From: Phaeosaccion multiseriatum
Taxonomy: Eukaryota; Protista; Ochrophyta, other classes
Reading direction: 5' to 3'
Length of the DNA stretch: 64,000 nt
Assembly (NCBI GenBank): GCA_965112735.1
Contig: OZ218954.1
Coordinates: forward strand, 1,116,001 to 1,180,000
The notes under the pieces were generated by a model. It did no database searches and was not told the origin of the DNA. It saw only the letters and a list, made by a program, of their open reading frames with translations. Positions 24,901-36,900 of the stretch are shown here, piece after piece (position 1 is the stretch's first letter; every line of letters begins with the position of its first letter). Both the position numbers and the translations under genes were made by a program.

Positions 24901-27900
24901 CGAATTACCATGAAAGTCGGTATTCTGTGTGGGGGTTGACGACGTGAGTCAGCAAGAGACCAGGGACACAGAGGGGATGTAAGGAGAGGAGCAAGGCCTG
25001 AGGCATGGGCCGTTCAGCGGCGGTGCGACAGAAGTAAGCCACAGAATTAGCCAGGTTACGAGAGCGAACGTGGGCTGAGACGAATAAAGCACAAAACGGA
25101 GTAAGGTTCAATCCATCGAATTGCCATCAAAGCACAAAGCAAGTCCGCAGACTTGTTCGAGGGGAGCAGGGTGGGCGTTGATGAGGAAAGAGGGCGGGTG
25201 TGCGAGGTCAGCAGAGGGACACAGGGGGGAGGTCAGGAGAGGGGCACAGGGGGGAGGCCCGGAGTGTGTACCGCCAGTGGTACAACACAAGTAAGATACA
25301 CAATCGGCCAAGCAGGCAGCGAGAGCGGCCGGACTGAGAACTCACCAAACAGGAGGATTCCGCCCCTGAGCAGGTTGCGGTCGAATCGCCATAAAAGTCG
25401 GCTCCCTGTGTGGAGCAGGGTGGGCGTTGACGAGAAGAGAGGGCAGCCAGGAGGCCAGCAGAGCGAGAGGCATACGGGGGGGGGTCAGGATAGGGGGGAG
25501 GCCTGGAGTGTGTGCCGCCAGCCAGTGGCTGGTACGACACAAGTAAGCTAAGATACACAATCGGCCAAGCAGGCAGCGAGAGCGGACTGAGTCGAGAACT
25601 CACGCGACAGGATTCCTTCCCTGAGCAGGTTGCGGTCGAATCGTGGTTAAAGTCGGCTTGCTGTGTGGAGCAGGGCGTGTGTTGATGAGAAAAGAGGGCA
25701 GGAGGCCAGAAGAGCGAGGGGCACAGGGGGGAGGTCAGGAGAGGGGGAGGCCTGGAGTATGAGCCGCCAGTGGTACGACACAAGTAAGATACGCAACCGG
25801 CCAAGCAGCCGGCGAGAGCGGACTGAGAACTCACTTGACAGGAGCTCTCCCCTGAGCAGTCGGCCGTGGAATCGTCTTCGAAACGTGCAAACTGTGGGGA
25901 GCAGGCAGGGTGTGTGTTGAAGAGAAAAGAGGGCAGAAGACCAGCAGCAGAGGGGCACAGAGGGGAGGTCAGGAGAGGAGAAAGGCTCAGCGTATGGGCC
26001 CCTGCACCTGTACACCAGCCAGGAGGGTATGACACAAAATCCAATCGGACACGTCAGGCAGCGAGAGTGGAGTTCTTGGGCTGACTGATGAGTGGGCAGT
26101 AGCTGCTACTTTACTCACTCGGCAGCTGTCAGCATCCGTACAGGTCACGGCGCAATTCTTCATGACGGTTGAGCAGAGGCGAGGTGGGCCGCAGCCAGGG
26201 GCGGAAGGAACCCACCAGCCACATGTCATGACAGACATGAGCAAGCCAAAGCATGACAAAGGGCAGCAGCGGGGTGTTGGGGTGTGAGGATGAGGGTGGG
26301 TCCGTACATACATGCTTACATCAAAATGGCGCAACAACGAGGGTGAGTTGCCACAAGTAAAGCAACATGATCATGCAAGCACTCGCTCCCTCACCACAAA
26401 TTTCGTCCACTGTTGAGGCGAGGAGGAGACGCGCGGGTACGAGTGGGGAAGGACCATGTCCGACGACCCCCATACGCGATACCCAACAACATGAGGACAG
26501 GGCCGGCCGCACAGTGTAGGCAGACGCCGCAGGTGCCAAGCAAGGGCAACGCAGAGGCACCAGTCACGTCAAGAGGCAAGAAGGTGCGTGTCAGAAGGGT
26601 TCGCTTACTCACAGCCTGTTAGAAGTCGTGCTTTTGCTAGACTGGTACCTACCCTCTGAATTCAGACCGGGAGGTACCAGTCTAGCAAAAGCACGACTTC
26701 TAACAAGCCCTAATGCTAGAAGTCGAACCCCCCCCCCCCCACCGCACATAGTGGAGAGAAGTAACTCGCAGTCTGGGAATCAGACTAATGGGTGCCAGCC
26801 GGTACCAGTTTTCGCCGATATAATTCAGAGGGTAGGTACCAGTCTAGCAAAAGCACGACTTCTAACACAAGGCCATTGCGAGTTCGAACCCTGGCTGTAG
26901 CTTGTGAAAAAAGTGTGTTTTTCGGCGAAAACTGGTACCGGCTGGCACCCATTAGTCTGATTCCCAGACTGCGAGTTACTTCTCTCCACTATGTGCGGTG
27001 GGGGGGGGGGGGTTCGACTTCTAGCATTAGGGCTTGTGTTAGAAGTCGTGCTTTTGCTAGACTGGTACCTACCCTCTGAATTCAGACCGGGAGGTACCAG
27101 TCTAGCAAAAGCACGACTTCTAACACAAGGCCATTGCGAGTTCGAACCCTGGCTGTAGCTTGTGAAAAAAGTGTGTTTTTCGGCGAAAACTGGTACCGGC
27201 TGGCACCCATTAGTCTGATTCCCAGACTGCGAGTTACTTCTCTCCACTATGTGCGGTGGGGGGGGGGGTTCGACTTCTAGCATTAGGCCTTGTTAGAAGT
27301 CGTGCTTTTGCTTAGCCATACAGATGCCAAGACTCGCAGAGCACAAGCAGAGCCACGCATCAGCAGAGGATTCAAAGAGTCAGTCGGGGTCGAGGACTCA
27401 ATGAGTCAACGAGCAAGGAATAGCGCACGGGACCCATCCACGGCTGGTGAGACGATGCCCTGCCTGCCTTCGCACGCACCTGGCACAACGAGTCGGTACA
27501 GACCACTTGTGGGTCAGAAGGAGAGAGACACGTGCATATTCCGGCTTCCGAGATGACTTGAGTGGAGTAAGTCCAAGTCCATGTATAAGAAGCCGTGAAG
27601 TCGTCGTCCTCGTCGTCCGTGGTGGGGGGAATGTATGACTCCGTACATTGAACGCTCAGGTCTGGCGTACAATGTGGGCAAAAAGCAACAGGGACAGCAC
27701 AGCACAGCACAAGCAAAGAGAGGCCCCGAGCATGTAACAACACAGAGGGTGTGGAGTCCGGATGCCAGTCAGGAAGCAAGGAGAGCAAAGAGGGCACCAT
27801 CAGACCATGGAATGACATGATGTGACAGAGCCCCTCCCTCGGGGGCCTACCCTCCTTGCGTGTTCCCTCCCAGCAGCGCAGTCACAGGTCAGCCCCCCTC

Positions 27901-30900
27901 TCACCTTGACACGTGTTCTCGACTTCAGTCTGCACGGGGTTGTATACAAGAGGGCAGCTGCGCCGATAAAAGCGTGGGGAGGGAGGGAGGGAGGGAGGGG
28001 GGGGGGGGGGGGGAGGACACAAGGGTTGTGGGCGTGATAAGGGGAAAGTTTGCTGCAGTCGCACTTGCATTTCAAGTGTAGGCTAGCAAGGCCAAAACCG
28101 ATCTTAACGCTAGCTAGACCAGAGGCCGTTGGGGGATCGAGGACAGACGCTGGCGGGCGCACGCACACACGCACACACGCACACTCCTACAGCAGTCACT
28201 TACTTGTCCTCCACGTCCACAATCCCGTCTCCGTCGGTGTCTGGATGATGAGAAGGAAGCACGCAACCCAGCGGCATGACCATAAACGCCAAGTTAGGGT
28301 GTCAGAAGAGCAGCAAAGAGTATCGCCAGACCAGGGAGTGCAACACGCAACGACGTGGGGAAAGCTGGCCTGCCGACCCGCAGGGAAGCGCTCAGTTGAC
28401 TTAGCCCATCCCTGGGGGGGGGGGGCTCACCCTCCTTGCGTGTTCCCTCCCAGCAGCGCAGTCATAGGTCAGCCCCCCTCTCACCTTGACACGCGTTCTC
28501 CCCTTCCTCGACTTCAATCTGCAGGGGGTTGGCTATCTGAGGGCAGCTGCCGAGTAAAGCGTGGGGAGGGAGGGGGGCGGGGTTGCAGAAGGGTTGTTCA
28601 GCATGATAATGTTCCCTACTGTGATGACAAGCTAGCACTGGCTAAGGGTGTGCACAACATCAACAATTGGTCCTGCACTTTCATTTGAAGAGAAGCACGG
28701 GGGGGATGGACGACGCGAAGACCGAAGCGCAGACAGAGAGGGACGGGGCACACGCACACAAGTACGCATTCATTCCCCCTCGACTATCTCCTTTACTTTA
28801 AGGCACTCACTTGTCGAAATCGTCCGGAATCCCGTCTTGGTCGAAGTCTATTCGTGGCCCCATATGGTGGTACGAGGAGGACAAAGCGGTAGTAAAAGGG
28901 GGGATGGAAGCGAACCAGGTACAGTGGACAAAACTAAGAGCGCGTTGTCAGTCTGCAAGGCAATGAGCAGCGAGTGACGACCACTAAGAGGGAGGTGCTC
29001 AGTGTGGAAGGGCAGCAAAGCTCACGCCCCCCGCGTGATTCACTTCGTCCTTACCTGCACACATGGTGAGCGCGTTCCCAGTAGGAGGGCTTTTTGGTAC
29101 GATTGAAGTCAACCGGGCACAGTTCACGGGAAAGATGGAGGCGGCACGGCAACACACAAGCAAGCCGGACCGCACAAAGGAGGGGAGAGCGAGATTCAAT
29201 GGAAGTTGTGAGGGCCCCCCAAGAGGAGTGTTTAGCCAACAGCCCTCAAGGTCCTCCCGTGCCGAAAAGGACACGCACAGCAAGCGCACTCTGCTGCGAT
29301 CACTTACCATCCCTGTCCTAAGCAGCATGCTTCGCCCTGGGTCTGTTGTTCACAGCGGCGCGAGGCATGACAGAGAGCGACGGAGGAGACAGCACAGGTG
29401 CGGTTAGCTACTAGAAAAACCTCATGGGTGTCCACGGCCGGCGGCGTGCTTGGCTTTCCCCCACCCTCTCTCATTTGTGACACACACACCTCAAGGTTAC
29501 TGCAAGCATCGGCCGCTCCGTCGCAAGTTGCGTAGGAACTTCCCAACAAGACAACATTCTGTAGAGGGCGGTTGGGGCGAGGTCACAGAGAGCAATCAAG
29601 TGTTGGGAGAGCGCTTTCGAGAGGAGCGATGAGCATGAGAATGCACTCTGCCCCGTCCATTCTCGCTTCGTCAGGGCCCAGGTGCATGCAAAGACATGGG
29701 GAGAGGGCCGAGGGTAAAAGGCTTGCTCGCAAGGAGGCGAGAAAGGCACAGAAGCGAGGAGCGGAAGTGACAACCAGAAAGGAGGCGAACACACGCAGCG
29801 AGGAGACCAACCGAACATAGACAAGCAGAGCAAGCATGCGAGAAAATGGGGTGGGGAGGAGGGGGCGCGAGAAGGTGGAGAGGCACCGCAACGCCCCGTC
29901 CCCGTTAACTCGTGTGTAACGTCTACTACCCCCTCATGCCAAAGCGAACTCACCTCGCAGCTACCGCTTTCCGTGCAGTCAACAGCGCAGTTCTTCAGGA
30001 TGGGCAGCATTGTAAGGTGGGGACAAGAGAGATAGGGGCGGAGTGAGCAGAGTCGACATGATGCATCAGTATGAAAGCAGCCACAGGGGGGGGGGGGGAG
30101 GGGACCCGACCCTGGCAGACAGCGACGGCGCAGGCTTAGACTGGCACGAAGGTCAGGTAGGTGCTAAAGCTGTCGCAAAGAATGCAGCTGCCCCGCACTA
30201 ATGCAATGAAAGGGGAATCTCAAACATCAATAACAAGCGGCGGAGGCCCCACTCAGAACCACTTCTCAGCCCCTGCCTGGCGTGTGATGTGCTATTGTCC
30301 TATAAAGTGTTGGTCATACATTCAGGGGTCACAGAAATATGAGTGTAACCTTCATGGACACCCCTGACCCAGGGGGGATAGATAGAAAGCGTGTGGAGAG
30401 CACTCTTTTTCTTGCAAGCTCTAAGTGAGTAGTAAAGACTTAATACGGACACCGACGCCCCACCAGAGGCGCGGCGAATACTTGGTCCAAACCCCTTAAG
30501 CTTTTCTACGTCAGGTTAGCACAGAACTAGTTCTCGCATAAAGAGTTGCGAAAGAAGAATAACAGCAGTTGCAGGAGTTCTGAGGAGACGTCCAACGAGA
30601 CTTCAGCAGCGACAGACATCAGTGCAGTCTTCTAGGGAAACCTAGGAGGATGGCTACGCCTTCAGAGCAGGATAAGTATGACACCAGCGATTGGAGAGGA
30701 GATTGGCCGATTCTTAAAGGGCAGAAGACTCCGATCAGAGTGAACACCTTTGTGTATGGCTATGAGAGGTGCGCAGAGAGAATGAGACTCGCTAGACAGC
30801 AAGCTCGCATTCCCGACATGGCTACTTTGTTGGACCCTGTTCTGAGAACGCAAGCCAGCGTTGAGTTAAAGGTACAGGTAACAGAGCTGAACACTGAGAA

Positions 30901-33900
30901 CGTGAAGAAATGGCTCAAGGATTGGTTGAAGGAACATTCTGAGAGCGACGTGCAAGGAGAGACACTTGCATCTATTGCCGACGATATCACGATAGAATGT
31001 GCGAATCGTGAGAACGCCGGAGCGCTGAAGGAGGCTTTAATATATGCCCATACGGAGTTTTTGGGTATGATCAAGAACAGCTCCTTCAGCTCCCTCTTGC
31101 AGACGGAGGATGGCACTGCAGACAATTGGTGGCTGCCCAAAGATAAGGCGGCTACGAAGTCCATCAGGTTTGCTTTCAACAGTGTCTTGAACCGATTTGA
31201 TTCCAATATGGTGAAGCTCATTAAAGATGCCGAGAGACAGTGGCAGAGCTCGATTGATTGGGACAAGAACTACAAGCAGTGGTTTGAGCTCGTGATTGAT
31301 ATCCACATGGGGTGGGCTAATGCTCGAGCTGCTGCCGCGCGAGCGAATCTCACGGCGGAACAGGCCTTGCCCAACTTGAAGAAGACGGGAGGAGGCGGCT
31401 CTGCTAATTCTGGAAAGGGGGAGAGCCCGCCTGGAAGAAGAAGAAGCAGGAGCAGGCGGCGGCCAAGAATGGTGCAGCTGCAAGTGGTGGTTCGGTTGAA
31501 GCAAAACCCAAGGAGGATGTTAAGCCTGCCGGAGGAGGGGGGGCTAAGGAGCCACGCCCTTTCTCTGGAAAGTGTCTTTCATGTGGGTTAGCCCACACCC
31601 TCAGGAAGTGCCCAACGACCTCCCAAGATCAGAAGGATCGGCTGTGGGCGGACTATAAGAAGAAACACCCGCACATTAAGGTCCTGGCATCAGCAGAGGC
31701 AGATGCAGGAGCCGTAGCAGAGGATGTGGAAGGGGAGAGAGTCACAGTTGATCTCGTCGCCAACCCATCTGAGACGGTGTCGGAAGCCGCACGGCTGAAG
31801 ATTTCCGCAGTTTGGGACTCGGGCTGTGATGTGGGGCTGGTTATCTCCCGCCGAGATGCAGACAAGTTTGTTGCGCTCGGGCGAGGTGGCGAGCTCACAG
31901 TCATTAAACCCCGGAGCCTCAAGACTGGAAATGGCCTGGTCGAAGCCACGCAGGTTTTGACAGGAGCGCATTTGTTGTTTGACTTTCCATGGGGGCCAGT
32001 GAGTACCCTTCAGATGGAAGAGAGTCTGCGCAATGCGTACGTGTTGGAGGAGATCGACATGATGTGTCTAGGTCGTCCTCTTCAGAAGGCTTTTGGACTA
32101 TCATCCATTCGAGCCCAGTTCGAGACGATGCATAGCGAAGAAGCTTTGCGTCGCGAACGAGAGACTGCGGAGAAGGAGAAGGAGGCAGAGCCTCACAGCT
32201 CCAGCGCAGGTAGAGTGATGAGTCTCTTTTCGTCGGCTCCCTCAGAGGAGAGTGACGATTTGTTTCCTGTTGAGCAGGGGACGGGCAAGACGCCCATAGT
32301 AGGATCGGTAGGAACCTACCACCTTAACAATGAAGAGATCAAACAGTATGACGGTGTAGCTGATACCATTCAGCAACCTGAGGACGGACTGCCGCCCACA
32401 TACGAGAGCCTAGAGGCACGTTTGGGGTCAGTCGTCGACAATGCTATAGCAGAGCATGATTTTCCCGAGCGGTTGAAAGAACCGATGCTGAGGGCACTAC
32501 TGAAGTGGCCTGACGTGTGGCGGGATGAGTTACTGTGGGAGGACGGTGCTGCTAAGGTTGAGCCGATGAAGGTGCAGTTCAAGAGCTCTGAACCACATTC
32601 GCAGCTCCCTATCAAGCAACCCGGTCCGAAGGCGGCCTTTGTGCGCGAGTTCACCAATAAAATGGTAGACAAGGGCTTTGGCTACAGCAACCCGCAGAGC
32701 GTGTATTCTAACCGAGCCTTCGCAGTGGGAAAGCCGGGAAAGCCCGGTAAGTACAGACTGGTGTGTGACCTTCGGGCAGCTAACGCAAACACAGTCAAGG
32801 TTGATTTCGGTATGACTGACACGGAGACTATCTCTCTCGCACTGCGAGGGGCCAGATGGTTTATTGAGATTGATGGCAAGGATTTCTTTTGGCAATTTCC
32901 GCTCGAGGAGTGGTGCCAGGAGCATTTCACTTACATAACCTCAGACGCAAAGGTGACTCCTACGAGAGTACCACAGGGAGCTCCTCAACTCAGCGGCATA
33001 TGTGCAAGGTACCATGAGCGAGGTCTTTCGCGAGGAAGTCGGTAAGACTCACGCTGTGTACATTGACAATATCGCCTACTGGGCTATCGAGGGTGAGGAG
33101 CTGGTCGAGAGGACCGAACTCACCATGGACAAGCTTCACGAGAAGAACTTGAAGATGGGAGTCAGCTCATTCAGTTTCGGAAGTGAGTTGAAGTTCGTGG
33201 GCAGAGTGCATGACAGACATGGTACTCGTCACGATCCGGAGCGAATTCAAGGTCTGACAGACTTGGGTACGCCGGAGACAGCGGGCGATCTGATGACGTT
33301 CCTGTGTGGAATACAGTGGTTCAACCGCTGGGTGAAAGATTTCGCACAGTGGGTGGGGCCTCTGTATGACTTGTTGAATGAGTGTTTGGGGGAGGCTAAT
33401 GCCAAACCGCATCAGCACAAGCGCTCTAAGGCTGTGGCTGCAACTATTCAACTAGACAAGAGGTGGACAGCTGAGCATGACGCGGCTTTCTTGGGGATCA
33501 AGCGCGTGCTCGCAGAGAACACGGTGCGCGCTCACCCGGACCCTGAGCAGGTAGTACTAGTGTTTGCAGACGCCAGTGACCGCTACTGGGGGGGCATGAT
33601 CGCACAGTGTAGACCCGAGAACGTGGGTCTTCCTCTTGACGAGATGGACATGGAGCCGGTCGCTTTCTGTTCAGGTGGCTTTGGGAAGCATGAGCTCAAG
33701 CGAGCAACTGTGGACAAAGAGGCAGATGCCACTTACCGGACTGTGATTCAGAATGAGTACGCTTTGGTAGGGGCGAGGAAGGTATACATTTTCTGCGACC
33801 ATCGCAATTTGGCTTTTCTCTGGTCTAACGACCCACAGTACCCGGGTCTGACCAAACCCATGCGAGAGCGGCTGCAGCGACAGGCACTTCGATTGCAGGC

Positions 33901-36900
33901 ATTTGACTATACAATTATGCATTTGCCTGGCGACAAGCACTTGTGGGCTGACCCTCTGAGCCGTTGGCGCAAGAGGACGAGCCATGCAGCGCCTTGCGTG
34001 TTGGCTCTACGAGGCGGGAAATTCGGAGCCATGCAGGTCTTTGACATGATGGCGCCTGACTTTCTTTGGCCCACGGAGCAGGAGATTGTCAGCGTTCAGC
34101 AGGAGGCCTTTGCAAAGCTCCTGGACGCTGGCAAAGAGGTGGGAGAGAGTGGTCGCCAACTGCTTCTCTCACAGACTGGCGACGGCGGTCTGATTCGAGC
34201 AAAAAGTAGCACAGATGACGACGCTCAGCAGTCAAAGATTTGGATACCGCGTAAGGCAGAGGATTTGCGCCTTCGGCTCAGCGTAGTGGCCCACCAGGGG
34301 GGCATGGGCCATCGTGGGATGACCAACACGCTGGAAGCTGTAGGGAAGGACTTTGTCTGGCATGGCCAGCATGAGGATATCAAGCGCTTTGTGAACGAGT
34401 GTATTCATTGCCTTAGCAATGGCGTAGGGCTGCGCGTTCCTCGACCGCTTTTGGGTCAATGGCATGCTACCAAGCCCCAGCAGATGATATGGTTTGACTA
34501 TGTCAAGATGGGCAAGGGTATCATTTGGGTTGATGGACCTGATGGGTTCATGCAGATTCAAGTACAGTACGCGCTATGCATTTTTGATGACTTTTCGTCC
34601 TTGACAATGTACGAGCCGTGCTATGAGGCTACCGCACGAGGGTGCGCGCGGGCTTTGCTGAGATGGTTTGCTCAGCATGGCATTGTGCCTCGATGGCAGA
34701 GTGACAGAGGCAGTCATTTCCTCAATGAGGTGATGAGCGAGCTGAGAGCAATGTTGAGGTGTGATCATCATTTTGTGGTGGCACATGCGGCTTATAGCCG
34801 TGGACTTGGGGAGCGCGGAGTGCAAACGCTTCAGAAGCTTATGCAGCCGCTACTATCAGAGATGAGGGCGCTACCAGAGTCGTGGCCGCAGTTTCTGCCA
34901 GTGGTCGAGTCCATCGAGAACAGTTGCACCAAGAGCAGTCGTTCCAGCAAGTCTCCGCTTGAGCTGCATTCAGGCCATGTACCTCAGCGCCCTATCGACA
35001 CGGTTATGCTTCATGATGCTGATCGAGCGCAGAAGGTGGAGTTGAAGCAACTCACCCAAGCGCAGGTCGACACGATGGCTGAGGGGCTGCAGCAAATTCG
35101 GGAGCAGTTACGTACACGGGTCGAGGAGCACCTCTCCAAGATCAGGGAGCGCAAGCGTGATGGCATCAACGCACGTCTATTGCAGGGGCGGCGTGGCGCC
35201 GAGCACAGGAAGGATCTTGATCGCGCGCGCGAGCTCGCCAGCGAGTCAATTTTCCAGCCTGGAGTATTTGTGACGGTGGCGTCAGTGGGGCCTACGAGCA
35301 AGGTCGTTGGCCGATGGCATGGTCCTTGCCGAGTGACTGAGGCTCTCGAGCACCACGTATATCGCATTGAGGAGTTAGTGGGACAGAAGCGCACTTTGGA
35401 CGTGCACATCAACCGGCTACGCTACTACTGCGACGGTGATGTCAATCTTACTACCGACGTCCTCCACCAGATCTCACACAGCACTCAGAGTTTCGTAGTC
35501 GAGTCTTTTGAGGGGCTGGTTAGGCGTGCTGATGGCAGCTGGTTCTTAATCGTCAAGTGGAGAGGCTTCGACGCAGTCGAGAACAGCGAGGAGCCCATCG
35601 AGCAGCTTATGGCGGATACACCCCAAGCAGTGGAGCAGTATCTCGCCAAGCATCCGGACAAACAGCGAATCAGCGCAGTCCGAGCCTACTTGCGGGCCCT
35701 CTCGGAGCGGAACGCAGAGCGGGTAGTAGCGCCCAAGCGCAAGCGTACGCGCAAGAAGCGGTAAGCGTTGTGTTAGGTACTGGGATAGTTTCTTTCCTCT
35801 TTTGACGGCTCGGGCTGTCGCTTGGGGGTAGTGTGCTATTGTCCTATAAAGTGTTGGTCATACATTCAGGGGTCACAGAAATATGAGTGTAACCTTCATG
35901 GACACCCCTGACCCAGGGGGGATAGATAGAAAGCGTGTGGAGAGCACTCTTTTTCTTGCAAGCTCTAAGTGAGTAGTAAAGACTTAATACGGACACCGAC
36001 GCCCCACCAGAGGCGCGGCGAATACTTGGTCCAAACCCCTTAAGCTTTTCTACGTCAGCTTAGCACAGTGAGTCCAAACGGCGGATGGGATGAGCGATGG
36101 CAAACACTCACCACAAAAGTGGTGCCCTGTGACGTCGAAGAAGCAAAGCAGCCATCAGGAAAAAATGCAAAGGAGCGTGGCAGTGAAGCGCAGCAGTGCC
36201 AGCAGAAGGAGGGTGGCGAGGGAGCCAACCGCAGGCCGCCGTGAGGACGAGCAGTAGACAGGGGGCACAGGGGGCACGTTCGCGGTTCGGCCCAGCCAAT
36301 CGTTGCGGATGTTTTGGTGAGTCGTGACCGTGGTATGAGGGAAGGCGAGCGGTTTGTGGCAGAGCGAGAAGAAGGGAGGCAGCACAGCGCAACGGGGTCA
36401 AGTGGAGCGGCGGAACAAAAGTCAGTCATGTGCCCACTTCCTCGAAAGGGAGATTGCTATGGTGAAGGCGTTGACAATGCCTAGCCCCTCTTCCGAGGAG
36501 GGGGACAGCAACTCTACACGCAGATAGATACAGGTGGTAGAGGAAGAGTGGCAGGCAGCATGCTGTTGGTGTAGAGAGAGAGCCTGACTGTAGTGGCAAA
36601 GAGCGCGGGAAGTGCATGGGGGCGAGTCAAGTACTTGGTGAGAAGCGCTGGTGAGAAGCCGCTCACAGCACCCACCAGGCAGACCTGTCCCCCACACAAA
36701 CGTGGATTGAGGGAGTTATCGCAGGTGCATGTGTCGGAGGAGGAGGTGTATGCTCCACCGCCCAGCTCGCACATCGCCTTCTCGGTAATGCCTGTAAGTC
36801 ATGGTAGGTCCAGGGGAAGGAGGTGGGAAGGAGGTGGGCAAAAGGCGAGGAGCGGCAAAGGAGACAAGAAGCACAAACGGAAGTGAGTAGCAAGCTGCCG

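Noticed and set aside
26870-26900. tRNA gene suggested by GTTCGAACC
   Set aside because: No cloverleaf or acceptor stem can be built; the motif lies inside a repeated element core.
29308-29317. 5- or 10-nt microexon before GTAAGT (paralog at ~43533)
   Set aside because: The splice signals are conserved, but I could not establish a frame-consistent downstream exon.
31410-31425. Programmed -1 frameshift in Gypsy gag, and similarly at 52389-52430 in Copia
   Set aside because: Both fall at G homopolymers, lack a canonical slippery heptamer, and sit at atypical positions (before the Zn knuckle; between PR and IN). Homopolymer assembly error or mutation is more likely, though untested.
30760-35412. 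Antisense ORFs over the Gypsy pol (and similar ones over the Copia)
   Set aside because: These are shadow ORFs of GC-rich coding sequence with no recognisable motifs.
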